Shown here in pieces: positions 14,566-29,613 of a stretch of 64,000 nt of DNA. Numbering within the stretch: position 1 is the first letter of the stretch; the number at the start of each line of letters is the position of its first letter. The stretch comes from Eledone cirrhosa (taxonomy: Eukaryota), in NCBI GenBank assembly GCA_964016885.1, contig OZ024745.1, positions 75,516,001 to 75,580,000 of the forward strand. The letters are read 5' to 3'. A program made the position numbers and the translations under genes. The notes beneath the pieces were generated by a model that was not told the origin of the DNA, did no database searches, and saw only the letters and a list, made by a program, of their open reading frames with translations.

Positions 14566-14972
14566 TTACTTATTTAGGCACAAGGCCAACAATTTAAAAA
14601 GGAGGGGAAAGTTAATTAAATCGACCCCAGTGCATTACTGGGGCTTTATTTTCTCGACCCCTCAATGATGAAAGGCAAAGCTAACCTCGGCGAGATTTAA
14701 AATTAGAACGTAAAGGAACGTAACTCTATGCCGCAAAGCCTGTTGTCCGACGCTCTACCGATTAATAATAGTAATAATTGTTTCTACTATAGGCACAAGG
14801 CCAGCAAATTGAAAAGGAGGAAAAAGTCGATTAAATCAAACTCAGTGCATTACTGGTATTTTATTGACTCCGTAAGGAGGAAAGGCAAAGCCAACCTCAG
14901 CGGGATTTGAACTCAGAACGTAAAGAGCCGTAACTCTGTGTCGTAAAACATGGTGACTGGCACTCTACCGAT
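14566..14972 (-). mobile_element. Two tandem S1 SINE copies (14566-14760, 14779-14972)
   Basis: Reverse complement of the S1 motifs (GGCACAAGGCCA, ATGAAAGGCAAAG, GATTTGAACTCAG). Confidence 0.82.
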
Positions 14973-15169
14973 AAATAATAGTAATGATGATCTATTTTTT
15001 ATTGTATACTCTGCCTTTTGTTTTGTTATTGTTATGTCTGTTATTATATTGAAAATATTCTTCGTAATATGTGGGCCGAGTCTAGCAATGCTATTTTATG
15101 TATGCTGTGATAATTTATAAGTCCTAAGGTTTTGGCTATGTATTTGTTTGTTTGTGTGCTTGTTCGTTT

Positions 15170-15211
<42 letters not shown>

Positions 15212-15364
15212 GTGTGTGTGCGTGTGCGTGTGGGGGGGGGGGCGTGGGGGGGGGGTGGGGGGGGGGGGGGGGGGGGGCGCGCGTGTGTGTGTGATTTTTC
15301 ATCATTTGCAGGAAAACCACGTTTAATTATAGAGAATATTTCTCTTTATATTACTCAAATTTAA

Positions 15365-15720
15365 ATTATCCCTATTTCCAGATCGATATATTTTGATGAT
15401 TTCTCCATTTCCTGGGGGATATTTTCACATTTTTCTGACTGATAAATCAATGAAGAAACATTTTTTCTTCTTTGTGGCCATTGACTTCAATATCTAGACG
15501 ATTAACCTTGATCTTGTCTGAGTATATTTCCTTTCTCATTCCCTGACATCTTTTCTGATGAATTCTTATACCACCTCTTTACTGTTGATATTTCATAATG
15601 CTAGAATAACATGCAGTGTATTTACATCCCAATTCTGTCGTGACTGTGGATATATTATTTGGCCAGTTAGATACAATATACATAAAGTTTTCTTCTCCAC
15701 TTCCACATATTCAGTAGTTA
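15365..15720 (-). mobile_element. Degenerate R4/Dong-clade RLE domain fragment
   Basis: Minus-strand remnants LAK*YIHSHDRIG..IH....HYEI..KRWY and DKIKVNRLDI resemble Y..RHD.V...IHW...WY and NRPDIV; several stops and frameshifts. Confidence 0.65.
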
Positions 15721-15779
15721 CTTAACGTTTCTTGCATCATTGGTTAGTGGAGTGTAATATTTCTGAACTATTAATGTAG

Positions 15780-16157
15780 TGTGGTAAATAAATATATACA
15801 CATTCACCAGGTCCGAACAGAATGGAACCAAACTCCCACTGTCCCTGTCTACGTCTCTCTCGCTCTCCCCATCTCTAACTATTATGAGCAAATGGGGGCC
15901 TATGCGCTAGCCACTCCGCGCCACAGGAGAATAGAGAAGGCCTTTTCCCGGATGATGGTGAGGGAAACGCGCTGGAAGAGACATTCCAGCTCGCGATGCA
16001 CTTGCGGGTAGCCAACTCCATGCCGATGGTGGGTCTGAGGTCTTTGGGCGGCTCAGGATGCTTGAGTCGAAGAACAGGTGGAGCTTCCTCAGTGGGAAGT
16101 AGAACGGTGTCCTCCGAGACGACCACTTTGACCTCGGCCGAGACATCACCCTCGATT
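15780..16157 (-). mobile_element. 3' fragment of a CRE-like retrotransposon
   Basis: Minus strand TIGMELATRKC../ECLFQRVSLTIIRE.AFSIL; 3' UTR CCCCATTTGCTCATAATAG shared with the copy at ~13065. Confidence 0.75.
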
Positions 16158-16860
16158 AGAAGAAGAAGAAGAAGAAGAAGAAGAAGAAGAAGAAGAAGAA
16201 GAAGAAGAAGAAGAAGAAGAAGAAGAAGAAGAAGAAGAAGAAGAAGAAGAAGAAGAAGAAGAAGAAGGGGGAGGAAGAGGGGGAGGAGGAGGAGGAGAAG
16301 AAGAAGAAGAAGAAGAAGAAGAAGAAGAAGAAGAAGAAGAAGAAGAAGAAGAAGAAGAAGAAGAAGGAGGAGGAGGAGGAGGAGGAGGAGAAGGGGGAAG
16401 AAGAAGAAGAAGAAGAAGAAGAAGAAGAAGAAGAAGAAGAAGAAGAAGAAGAAGAAGAAGAAGCATTTAATATATTAATATCGTTAATGTTGATAAATCT
16501 GTACCAAAATTAACCTGGTAATTAATTAGAACTGGTGGGGCAATCTAATGCCATTCTTTGAATCAATACTTTAAATATATTGAAAACTACATTTAAATAC
16601 TGAAGTACTAATAGGTAAGGTGCTACTGAGAATTTTAAATTCAGCTCCTGGGTGAATACATCAGCATATAAAGTGATGAGTAGAACTGATGGTATGTTAC
16701 ATTGATACTGCGGGTTTCGATATAAGTAATATATATATATACAGTATATAGGGGTATATATAACCTGTAATAATGTATTTAAATACTGTAAAGCTAATGA
16801 CAATAAATTGTTAAAGAAAAAACTACTTTTCCATTCTGCGAGAGCAGAATGGTATCCCAT
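16158..16860 (-). mobile_element. Unclassified dispersed repeat ending in (CTT)n on the minus strand; second copy at 58811-59066
   Basis: 16464-16647 and 58881-59066 are closely similar, and both directly follow long (AAG)n tracts. Confidence 0.65.
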
Positions 16861-17484
16861 ACCGTAGGTACGATTTCAACTAGTTTTTATTTTGCAAAAG
16901 CAGGAACCCTTTTTATGCTGCAAAAAAAAGGAATAGGCAAACCTAGTCGACCCATGAATTTCAAACTGAGACAATTATCTTTTTCTTCGTGAGACTGTTC
17001 GTATCTGCGGATGTTCGTAAGTTGGGGATTTACTGTATTTGGAATCCATCTTGCTTAGATTTGAGTTATTAAGCAATTGAAGCGATTAACAAAATGCATT
17101 ATAGTTTGAATAAAACTTATCATATTCCAGGTCAAATGTGAGTTCTCGTAACCATTATCGGATTAGGAAAAAACAACTTATATATAATGTATTTGGACAT
17201 TCACTTATTCAACACAATATCTGTTCATTGCTGCAAATATTTTAATAAAAATTGGTTTTTGACTTTAGATTTATTACAATTTTATATTGTTATTATTTCT
17301 ATTTATTACTATTATTATTATTGTTATATTATTGTTTTCTCTTTGTCGTTCCAAACTTCGTGCGCTTTTGTGATCATTAATACAAAGAATAATTATTAGT
17401 TGTAGTAGTACCAGTAAGCACTGGGATCAATTTAATAGATTCCCCTCGTCCTTTCAAATTGCTGGTCTTGTGCCTATAGTAGAA

Positions 17485-17523
<39 letters not shown>

Positions 17524-17799
17524 GTTCTTTGTGTCTCAGTCATTGATGTTAGTTAACTGGAAAGTTTGTTGAAATGAATATCAAGCCACTACCTGCAGCC
17601 TCAGATATTCAGGACGTATCGGAGGGTTCTTGCTGTTCCCAGCAAGCATGCCTTTTGAAGCGTTCCAAAAAGCGTGGCGGGGCCAATTTTCTTTAACCAT
17701 CCCTGGAAACTTTTTGAGATAGTACCTAGTGCGCCTATGACAATCGGGACCACTTTGACTTCATGGCAGTTCCAAATCCTTTTTACCTCCCACTTTAAG

Positions 17800-17801
<2 letters not shown>
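17524..17801 (-). mobile_element. 5'-truncated R4/Dong-like retrotransposon 3' end inserted in (TAA)n
   Basis: Open frame 17801-17601: DLKWEVKRIWNCHEVKVVPIVIGALGTISKSFQGWLKKIGPATLFGTLQKACLLGTARTLRYVLNI*; (TTA)n on both sides. Confidence 0.88.
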
Positions 17802-17840
<39 letters not shown>

Positions 17841-20335
17841 TGGTCTGCCAATGTGTATTTGAATATCACTCCGTAAATTTTGTCAATTTTCTAGTGTTTC
17901 CATTACATTCCCCCTTATATTTTTTGTCACAAACTGTTTATAAGACGCCACATATTGCACTGTGTTAAGGTGACCCCATAATTGGGCCCAAATAATTGAA
18001 CTTTATCTTTGTTAAAAACTTTTATCTAAAAAAAAAAACAGGTGGAGCATGTCCTCCATCAAGCAAACGAATATTAATTTGAATTAATTATTTTGATATA
18101 CTTTAGGAGGCGGGTTATGGAATAAATGTTTAGCTATGGTTTTATGTCAACTATATTTTACAAACAGAAGTTATACAATGATGGACATATTAAAAAAAGA
18201 TAAAACAAAGTTAAATAACGAAAAAATAAGGCGGGGAGGTAAAGAAAGGCAGATGTGGCTGTATAAGAAAGTAGAGGAAATTACTATAAATGCCATAAAT
18301 GTGAAGAAAAGGAGGGGAAGAGCAAGGACTATTAGGCAGCGGACCTTGTTTAAATAGGTGGGATATGATTTGAGATAGATTTGATTGCTATTTCTAGTAG
18401 ACCGAAACTCCCTCATCCGCATTTACGCTTTTTGTAATCGTGTATTTTCCGTTCAATTCTAGATCAATCCATATTATTTAGCTTGTTGTCAGTTATGTAG
18501 GGTATGTAGTTCATTGGATTGATATCATAAATGTTTGAGAGAGAATCTACTTGCTTGGATAAGACACCAGATATAGTGGGTATATTCCTTTGCAGAAATA
18601 ATTGAACTTGCCACTACACGCCGATGAATATACCACCATTTTGTCGGTGTTGCTATAACAATCAAAGGCGGCGAATTGGCAGAGTCGTTAGAACGTCGGT
18701 ATTCATTTCGGCTTTACTGATTTTGCACCCCCACTTATTCCAACCCCACTCCCTATTATTTGAGACTCGAAAGTAGGCGGAGGATTAGTAAAGTCGTTAG
18801 CGCATCGAAAAGAATGATTTGTTGTATTTTTCCCGGCTTCCTGTGCTTGAGTTCAAATCGTACCGAAGTCAACTTTGCCTTTCATTCTCTCGGAGTCCAT
18901 AATGCTAGTCCAGCGATAGTAGATTTGTGGAATTGTTAACAAATTATAAGCGTCGTAGTATCTGTTCAAAGTCTGAGTTTTGAGTTTAAACTGTGTCCTC
19001 TATCATAAGAAAAGCGGCGACACTTGAGCTAGGAGTTGAAACCAATGGATGATCAAAGGAAACATAGTTTCTTTGGTCCGATTTGAGAATCAGCCATATC
19101 CTTATTATCTTCACATAAATCTCAAATTTGTGGGTGAAGAGGGAACAGTCTATTATTTCGACTACCGTACTCTCGTGGTATTTTCTTTTCTAAACGCAGG
19201 ATGGATGAAAGGCAAATTTCTCTGACAGTATTTGAACTCAAAACATAATAAACTGTAATTAAAGACTTTAAGACATTTAGTTCGACCCTATATCTCGTCA
19301 AATCCATTGCACTAGCTATAATAAAATATTGGTACAACATTCGTTAATTAGCCGTCGTTGCCCAATCGATTTCATGCGTTAGTTTGGTCACACACTTCAC
19401 CGCAGAGGAGATGAAGTTATTTGCAATGAAGTCGCATCATTGCCCTAGCCCCTTCGGGGATGACGTAAACAACGTGATAGGTAGGTGAAAACGTGGATTG
19501 GCACGATCAAGCTAGATTTTGAACTAATATCTGGTCTCGTATATATGGTGACTACCGTTGGAATCATGAATAGCTGACAAACTACGCATCGTATATGAGA
19601 AGTCTATGTTTGCAATGTTGTAGATTCACTGGTTGGAAACCGCTCAAATGATCCTGGGTAAACGGCGACACAAGTACAGGTAAATAAGTTTAAGTAAATG
19701 ACTAGTACCTTATTCTATCAACAGATTTGAGAAATATTAACAAAGTAATTTAAAAACAGAACAGTGTCTGCAAATCTGCTTACCTAAACATAAAACAACA
19801 CACAAAATCTTTCGTTTTTTTGTGAATTTAAGTCCAAGAGAATTGACATAATCATAAAAAAAAAAGTATATGCATTCGCTAAACCTAAAATGTCGATTGC
19901 AAAAGAAAAATAATAACAATAATAATAAATAACAACTGTAAATAGAAAATAACAAAATATATAGAACAATAGGAAGTAAGAAACAAGATAGCGACTATAA
20001 GAAAGACAGAAAACAAAAACAAAAGTAAAATGTCACCAAAGGCTGTGATTAATCAAAAGATGAAGCGAGATTGCTTATCGCTTACAATTGGTTGATGAGA
20101 AGTTTAGAGAACACCTGCCATTTGACTGGCGGTCTCTTATTCTTCACTTTACCTCCACACTGGCAACATACTTTCCTATCGTCGTCTTTTCCAACTCACT
20201 TTCAACTGATAACCGTCTTAATCAAAGCTCACAATGCGTCAAGCTATATAAAACGAAACAATTTTAATATATTCTCTACATCTCTCTCTCTCACTCTCTA
20301 TTTCACTCTCTCTCTCTCCCCCCTCTCTCTCTCTA

Positions 20336-20467
<132 letters not shown>

Positions 20468-20694
20468 CTCTCAATACCTACCTCTTTCTTTCTTTTCTTC
20501 TTCCTTTCTTGTTCTCTCACTCTCACATTCTGCATCTCTCTCTCTCTCTTTCTTCCCATCTCTCTTTCTCTTTCTCCATCTCTCTCTTTATTTCATGTCT
20601 CTCTCTTGCGTTTTGATGGTCTCTCCTCACTTCATCACTCTCTCTCTCTCATTCTCTCTCTCTCTCTCTCTCGCTCTCTTTCATCTATCCATTG

Positions 20695-20756
<62 letters not shown>

Positions 20757-21077
20757 CCGTATGCTTTGTTCATCTGTGGCATTATCACTCCTCCCTCAAT
20801 GCTATTACTCTCCTCACCACACATACTCTTCACTCACACTCACACTCACTCTTTATCATTACTTGATTATTTTGTTACAATATGCCTGACAACAACAACA
20901 ACAACAACAACAACACCGATCGTACAGTATTTTTTTTTTTCTGTTTGATGCTCTTCTTCCCCTCCTCATCCTCATCCTCCTTCCTCCTCTTCTTCTTCTT
21001 CTTATTATTATTATTTCTGTTTGATGCTCTTCTCCCCCTCCTCATCCTCATCCTCCTTCCTCCTCTTCTTCTTCTTC

Positions 21078-21114
<37 letters not shown>

Positions 21115-21814
21115 CCCTTATTTATCTTCTCCCTCTAATTTGAAAATTTCTATTGTCTTGCTTTTTGTTGTTATTTTTTTAAAGATAGTAAAATTCTTTA
21201 GATTACCGAAATGTATTTAAATGAACATTGTACTAAAGTGTTTTCTAACAACAACAACATCAACGTCAACAGCAGCAACAATAACAACAACATAACCTCA
21301 TTCATAAAGGATCTCTTTATTTAATGAAGGGTTGAAGTAATTTTATTATTCACCCCCCACCCGTCTTTATTTTTATTTCTCTTCCCGTGACAGCGTACCC
21401 GCCAGTAAACTAGTCTTCGATTAGATTAGGCCTCTGCGTCACTCACTATCCATTATATATATCGACTCACTTTATTCATTTACTAATATTAAGTTGGACA
21501 TTAGGGGGTTGGAGTGACAGAAACAGGGCGAATGACACACTTCATGCCTTGCGTTACTTAGTTAAGTCCCTTTTACATTGTGAGTTCAAATCCCACTGAA
21601 GTTTAGTTTGCCTTTCATTCCGCTGGGATATATAAAATATGCTGGATATTGTACAGAGATCTACCTTGAAATATGTGACTAACCAGCACAACACAGCAAT
21701 AATAATTGCATGTTAAAACACTAACCACTACACTATATAGCAATAGTAACTAAAACACATTCACAGGTTAGTGCTGTATAGCACTAACTATTTTAACTAT
21801 AAATATGGGGGGAA

Positions 21815-22030
21815 GGCGTATGGCTGAGTGGTTAGAGAATTGGATTCGCAATCGTAAGGTTGTGAGTTCGATTCCTGGACCAGGCGATGCGTTATGTCCT
21901 TGAGCAAGACACTTTATTTCACGTTGCTCCTTCTACCTGGAGTTGCGACCGATAGACAGTATTAGCAATTGGAAAGACCAACGGAAACATTGTTCCCTCG
22001 GTCCGATTTGACGAAAGTCGATCGTTCCTT
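21815..22030 (+). mobile_element. tRNA-derived SINE, family S2
   Basis: A box TGGCTGAGTGG, B box GAGTTCGATTCC, then TGTCCTTGAGCAAGACACTTTATTTCACGTTGCTCC. Confidence 0.85.
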
Positions 22031-22346
22031 TATATTGGATAATGGGCTGATTAGTCTCATTTGCATATGGAGCCCATGTACAAAGGCGTCAAAACTATAT
22101 ATTTTCGCTTATATTGAATTCCAGCAGAGAACAGGGTAGGGGAGTAGTGCCTTGATAACGACCATCGGTCAGAAACGAACGGCGGTAGTTACCCCACTTC
22201 TGCTTCTGCTGGAATTCGCTACATGACGTTATGCCATCAGCTTCCAAAATTCACATCTAAAGGCTTTCAAATGTTTATTCGTAAACCGTATATCATTAGA
22301 TATACAAAATACATTCACATATACATACATACATACATACATATAT

Positions 22347-23221
22347 AACGGCGATGAATTAGTTTTGCGAGGTTTTTGATATGAAATCGTGTGTCGAAAC
22401 AAATATTGTTATACTTGGGGAGGGTCATATTTGTATAATAATATTGCCAGAATTAATAACAGAACACACTCACTGTTTGGTTGGCTTTCGCTTCTGTGTC
22501 TTTTATATCGGTTAATTTAATTTATTCGGTCCTCAGTTCTATACGAACATGTCAGACAACAACACGACGGTAACATAGACAACATAGAAATTAGAATAAT
22601 ATCTAAACATAGAAATGACCCAGCAGATAGGCAAATCAGAGAGGCCAGCGAAATAGAACTTAGAAGGCCAAGGCTAAACAGAAAAAAAATGAATGGAATA
22701 ACAACAACACCCAAACAAACAATACTGACTAAGAGAAGTATAAATAAATAAATAAATACATACACAAGCACAATAACAACAAACACATATAAACACACAC
22801 TAGTAAACTAAGATAGAATACAATAACCAATACACAGTCACCCAAACACGAATACACATCAAACACTATACAGACACGCAAACGCATGCGCAGAGAAGAC
22901 AAAAAAAAATAAATAAATAAACAGACTAAATAAAGATGGCGTAGGCATACAATACAACAGGAGGAAACATAATAGCACCACTGATGATATTGCAGACGTG
23001 CAACGAAAGAACTTTGTTAGACTATATATATATGTGTTTGTGTCTATATTGTATCTGTATGTTTTACCGTTGGTCAGTCAATAGTAATATTGAGGACCGA
23101 ATAAATTAAATTAACCGATATAAAAGACACAGAAGCGAAAACAACCAAACAGTGAGTGTGTTCTGTTATAAATTCTCTCAATATTATTACACAAATATGA
23201 CCCTCCCCACGTATAACAATA
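22347..23221 (+). mobile_element. 5'-truncated Penelope-like element: inverted pLTR (22347-22535), GIY-YIG C-terminus (~22533-22700), degenerate HHR (22975-23020), pLTR (23091-23221)
   Basis: 22404-22535 and 23091-23221 are inverted copies; translation SVLYEHVRQQHDGNIDNIEIRIISKHRNDPADRQIREASEIELRRPRLNRK; CTGATGA-..TTGCA(GACG)TGCAA.-GAAA. Confidence 0.8.
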
Positions 23222-23699
23222 TATATATATATATATATATATTAAAATAACAGATTAAAGTTTAAGCAAAGAATTGCTGCTTTCACCCTTAACGGGATCT
23301 TCTATATATATATATACAATTTAACGAGGTATCTATATATATATATACAATTTAACGGGATCTTCTATATATATATACAATTAGAGGTTATGAGTATATG
23401 TATCGAGGACAGTTTTAACGTTCGGCGTTATATATTTATATATATAGTACAAAGCTGCCTGAGTTTATCATTACATACAGTAAATCTAATTACATGAATT
23501 GACTATATCAACAATCTATAAATCAACTGAAAAAATTGTTAAAATTCATTTCATAAAAATGTCCCCAAAATTAAACAAACAAGAAACATAATTAAAGTAT
23601 CTGTTTATTATGTTAATGGAATATAATGTAATTGAAGGAAAAGAATTACTGTTTATTTACATATATACAATAATGTAAGTTTTAAAAAATTTAAATAAT

Positions 23700-23872
23700 T
23701 TCTGATTTAGGCGCAAGTGCAACAATTTTGGATGGAGGGGAAAGTCGATTAAATCGACCCAGCACATTACTGGTGCTTTATTTATCGACCCCCTAAGGAT
23801 TTAAGGTAAAAACGAACCTTGGCGGAATTTGAAATTAGAACGTAAAGGGCCACAACTCTATGCCACAAAACG
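23700..23872 (-). mobile_element. S1 SINE, diverged
   Basis: GGGGAAAGTCGATTAAATCGACCC...TTTATCGACCCC...GGAATTTGAA. Confidence 0.75.
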
Positions 23873-24719
23873 TGAGTGTGCGTTTAAACGTGTGCGTGTG
23901 GATTGAGTGTTGTGATGTGACAATAGGTATCAGATTCAACGATGAGTATTTCAATTTCTTGAGCAACAGAACCGTCCTCTCGGAAAATTAATATGCAAAT
24001 GATTGAGTAGCTCACTGACGTGTCTAACAAGATTGGACATTTGAATTAGAGGTAAAATCTTTGTGACAGGCTTCCAAACAGTTTCTGCATACCAAGCTTC
24101 ACTTACAAAGCTTGAGTTAGTCTGCGACATTGTAAATTACCCTTGCCCAAGACTCCCCGGAATAAGACCGAACCCAGAATCTTATAGTTCCAAAGGCCGA
24201 CCAAGTAGCACGCTGTGTCTTGCCGAGTCACATTGAGAATTACGTTAAGGACACATGTATTTATGGATTACTGAGCCACTTTCAACAGACAATTTGAAAA
24301 CTATTCACCGTCGAAACCGATGAAGCCTCGTTCTGTTCCATTCCATTGCAGCCGCTAATCCTCGCAAGTTGGGCAGGGACTAAGAGAAAAAGCTAGTCGT
24401 CTGCTCGAATTCCATCAGTTTGAACCTGGCGTCTCGCTATTTGTAACTTACGCCATATCTGAGGTTTTCAGTAAAAGAAAAGAAAAAAAGAAAACACAAT
24501 AAAAAAACAGCAACATAATTTTCTTATGTTTAAAATCATTTCCACAATTCCTTACTTTCTAAGACTTTTTAACTTACCTTAATATTTATGTTTTCGAAGA
24601 GTTGAAAATGTTGAGTTTGTCTTCTTACGCGATATGTTTGTATGAGTATGCATATACCTACCTACCTACCTACATACATACATACGTACGTACGTGCGTA
24701 CATACATACGTACACACAC

Positions 24720-24797
<78 letters not shown>

Positions 24798-24880
24798 GTA
24801 TATATATACGTATGTATATATATATATGTATATATATACGTATGTATATATATATATATATATGTATATATATACGTATG

Positions 24881-24911
<31 letters not shown>

Positions 24912-25082
24912 GTATGTATATATATATATACATACATATATATATATGTATATATATATATACATACATATATATATATATATATGTATATATATGTATA
25001 TATATATATATATGTGTGTGTGTGTATATATATGTGTGTGTGTGTATATATATATATGTGTGTGTGTATATATATATATATA

Positions 25083-25175
<93 letters not shown>

Positions 25176-25203
25176 GACTTGATTTTTTTATTTCATTGTT
25201 TTA

Positions 25204-25295
<92 letters not shown>

Positions 25296-25358
25296 CATAC
25301 ATGTATACATATATATATATGTATATAAATAATTATATATGCACACACACACACGCAT

Positions 25359-25480
<122 letters not shown>

Positions 25481-25828
25481 CTGCGTGTGTGTGTATGTAT
25501 ATGTACGCATTTTTTTATTCTTAATTATATTATTTCTATTCATGTTGATTTTTACTTCATCTTATTTCTCACCTGTGTGTTCCGCCATTGGGCATCACTT
25601 AACGTTCCTTCATTTGAAATTCTACTTCATGGAACCTTCCCTATCACATGACATGACGTCTCCTCTTCCTCAACCATATACCTCTCCCTAACCCTCTCTC
25701 TTGTAGCTCTATATCTTTATTTAACTTGCTGCTTATTACATATTTACAACCTAACATTCATGAAAGATATGGGGTTGCATATGTGTATGAGTGTATGTTA
25801 TGTTGTATGTGTGTGTTTATGTGTATAA

Positions 25829-25893
<65 letters not shown>

Positions 25894-25907
25894 ACTTATA
25901 CACATAA

Positions 25908-25964
<57 letters not shown>

Positions 25965-26167
25965 GTATGTACGTGCGTGTGTATGGTGTGTGTGTTTATC
26001 TATATATGTTTATGTCTATATGCGTATGTGTGTATATGCGTGTGTGTGTGTGTGTTTGTGTGTTTGTGTATTTATATGAGTGTCCTTACGTGTATGTTTG
26101 CTTACATGTGCGTGTGTGTGTATGTATGTATGTATGTATGTATGTATGTATGTATGTATGTGAAAGT

Positions 26168-26980
26168 GTGTGGCTTAGTAGTTAGAGTGTTCAGCTCACG
26201 ATTGTAAGGATGTGAGCTCTATTCCCGTTACTTTGCCTCCTTGAGTAAGACACTTTATTTCACGTTTCTCCTGTCCTCTCAGCCCGCAAAATGAGTTGTA
26301 CCTGTAATTTAAATGGCAGACTTGTCACACATCCTATAGCGTTTAATCTCCCTGAAACACACGTTAAAGATACTCGTGTTTGGAATATTCAGTCACTTGA
26401 ATGTAAATTTCACGAACAGGCTTTACTAAGTATTCTCAGTTCTGTCAGCCGTGTGGTGAAAAAGTGAGGACACTCTCTACCAGGAACGCCTTTCCGTAAC
26501 TCGTCTCTTTGAGCTGCAGTCTTGGGAGTCTGGCATCTGGAGTGTTACTCAGTGCTCACTGCTCACCACCAGTTGGACAATGCGGTCGGTAGAAATTCCA
26601 TGATAGCGTTCTATAGAGGACTAGTGATGGTCAAGAGTAACGACGTTCTAAGCTTTGGAATCACAATCGTGAGTTCGGGGGTTCGTGAGTTCGATTCCAG
26701 GACCAAACGATGCGTTAAGTCCTTGAGTAAAACACTTTATTTCACGTTGCTCCAATTTACTCAGCTGTAGAAATGAGTTGTGACATCTCTGGTCCCAAAC
26801 TGATTTGGCATTTGCCTTTCCATTGGACAACATTGGTGGCGTGGAGAGAGGAGACTGGTATACGTGGCCGACTGACGATCCTCCCCCAAAAAACACATTG
26901 CCCGGACTTGTGCCTTGATGGAGAACTTTCTAGGCCTAAAACCCATGGTCATTCGTGACCAAAGGGTCTCTTTACCCTTT
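26168..26980 (+). mobile_element. Two S2-type SINE copies (26168-26422, 26628-26980) with different tails
   Basis: tRNA-like heads and CCTTGAGTAA(G/A)ACACTTTATTTCACGTT cores. Confidence 0.75.
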
Positions 26981-27971
26981 AGCCGTTTATGTCTGAATAA
27001 AAAACAGGATAGTAACGGTAGGAATAACTTTGATCATATATCTGCTTGGTCAGAGTTGACCTTGGGCAAAACGAAGACAATATAATAGAATGCGATGAAT
27101 TGCAGAGCCGTTAGAACATAGCGGATTGACAGAATTGTTAAAGTGTTGAACGATATGTCTTGAAGTATTTGTTTCAACTTTTTGCATTCAGAGTTCAAAT
27201 ACCACCGTGGCTCACTTGGGTAGCAGTTTTAATCCAATTTAACATCACTACCTGGTTCTAGCGTACATTTAAAAGAATCTATTGTAAACATTAACGTCAG
27301 TTCTGTTTTGAGGATACATTCTTCGTCTTGAGAACTCTGAAAAATACAGAGTCATGGACGCTCAATTTTTGTTTTTTGACTTAGCGATAAAAAAAAAATA
27401 CATCGTTGTAATGCATTTGATCATGTCCGCTCGATGAGAGTTGATTCCTAGCTAAACAACAACAACCTGACAATAGAACACAGGATAATTTATAAATTCG
27501 ACGAATACTATTAAATAATTAACTGCTATTTAAAGTAATTGGTTTAGTTGTAAGTAATTTATCTTATATACATCATGTGTGATATACTTAATTACACCCG
27601 GGAGAAACTAGAAAAAATACACCTCGTTGGTTATATCTTACAGATTTCATGTTTTGTGTAAAACGAGGCGAATATAAACATTTTCGCTCGAACCTCAGTA
27701 AATACTTGATTTATTGCATTTAAATTAATTCAGTTTTATGTTAGATATAAAATGATATGAAATGGCCATGCTCTCTGGTATAACATTCTTAATATATTCT
27801 CATTTGTAATAAGTTATTTATTATCTGAAACGAAAGTATTACCCGGAACTAAAATTTATAAAACGAAATCCAAAAAGAAGAAAAAGTGTTAACAAAAATT
27901 AATCATTTCACTAATCACCAAGTTATATGATAAAAATATATATAATAAATATAAATGATAATATATGATAA

Positions 27972-28076
<105 letters not shown>

Positions 28077-28432
28077 GAGAGAGAGATATAAAATAAAGTA
28101 TATATTATAAAAATATATGTTTTTATGATAAAGTATTGTCGTTATTCTTGCTGTTGTTAGTTAGCTCCGAGCAAGGCCTGTACTGATAGAAGTAAATAGT
28201 TCTGAAACGGTTTCCAGGTATGACTTCACCATCATTTATTTTTAAGACATAATCTACCGACCGTTGATGAAATGTGATTTCGAGAGTAAATGTCTCCGAT
28301 ATCTAACATGTCAAAGATCTCTTTTAGTACGGCCAAAATAGTCTTGCTGAATAAAATAACGAACTGATAGGTTATATATATATATATATATATAACACAC
28401 ATATATATATACTGTATATTTATATACATACA

Positions 28433-28567
<135 letters not shown>

Positions 28568-28716
28568 ATCTCAACGGCCGATAACCATGGAGTTTTGTAT
28601 CGTTCGTTTGCATATTTATTTTTGAAAAATAACTTTTTAAGGTCTCCACTTGAAAAATTGTTTTTGGTTTAGTTTTGTTTCCATTGGTTGTCTTGGCTTT
28701 TCTTTGTTTTCTGAAG

Positions 28717-28827
<111 letters not shown>

Positions 28828-28998
28828 ATAAATTACATGAATACACCAAATTCTATAATTGAAGGATCAATATTATTTATAATAATAATTATTAATTAAT
28901 ATTGATCCTTCAGTTATGGAAGTTGGTGTTTTCATATATATATATATATATAAATATATATATATATGAAAAACCACAGACCCTCCATCTCAACTCTA

Positions 28999-29034
28999 CT
29001 TTTGAAAAGCAGAAGAACTGCGAAACCGGTAAAG
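28999..29034 (+). ncRNA. Variant hammerhead (U3-A8 core) in a pLTR-like fragment (28965-29172)
   Basis: CTT-TTGAAAA-GCAG(AAGAA)CTGC-GAAA-CCGG-TA-AAG; C3-G8 replaced by U3-A8, palindromic ACCGGT stem III. Confidence 0.68.
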
Positions 29035-29171
29035 GAACCAAATAAATATATTTTTTTTTTTTTAAATAAAACTCCAGTTGCATTTTCGATTTCATCTTTT
29101 TTTCGTTATACTTTCACTCGTGTAGGACACCTCGGTTATTTTTCATTTTGTAAAATAAACCTCACTTTCTA

Positions 29172-29288
<117 letters not shown>

Positions 29289-29317
29289 ATGTTATATATA
29301 TATACATATGTTATATC

Positions 29318-29603
29318 ATATATTATATTATTATGTTCATACATGGATCAGAAGCGCTACCTAAGTTGTCAAGTACCAAATATTGACCATATCTTCAGAA
29401 TATAAACTCGTATAAGCGCTTGAAGATTAGATCATAATTTTGATACTTATTACATTCTGGAAATATGGTCAATATTGGGCCTTGAAACCTTAGGGAGAGC
29501 TTTTGTTCCATGTATGAACATAAAGAAATAATATAATATATCTGCTCTCTTCCCGATTGAGCATTGTTTTCCTTTTTACCTTTTCACACCTACGGATATT
29601 GCT
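29318..29603 (+). mobile_element. Old fold-back pLTR-like element with degenerate HHR (arms ~29318-29401 and 29455-29540)
   Basis: Imperfect inverted arms; left arm on the minus strand has CTGAAGA-TATGGTCAATATTTGGTACTT-GACA, right arm has CTGGAAA-...-GAAA. Confidence 0.6.
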
Positions 29604-29613
29604 ATATATACAT

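Noticed and set aside
16990-17037. Tigger-like terminus GTTCGTAAGTTGGGGATTTACTGTA
   Set aside because: No matching opposite TIR found
19122-19340. 72-aa ORF in a moderately complex region
   Set aside because: No recognisable motif; likely decayed repeat sequence
21815-21890. tRNA-like sequence
   Set aside because: Continues into a SINE body and has many diverged copies; not a tRNA gene
28175-28218. CTGATAG...GAAA hammerhead-like motif
   Set aside because: Non-canonical core and poor stem II; the region resembles the (CAA)-tailed repeat ends at ~27010-27080 and 27400-27465
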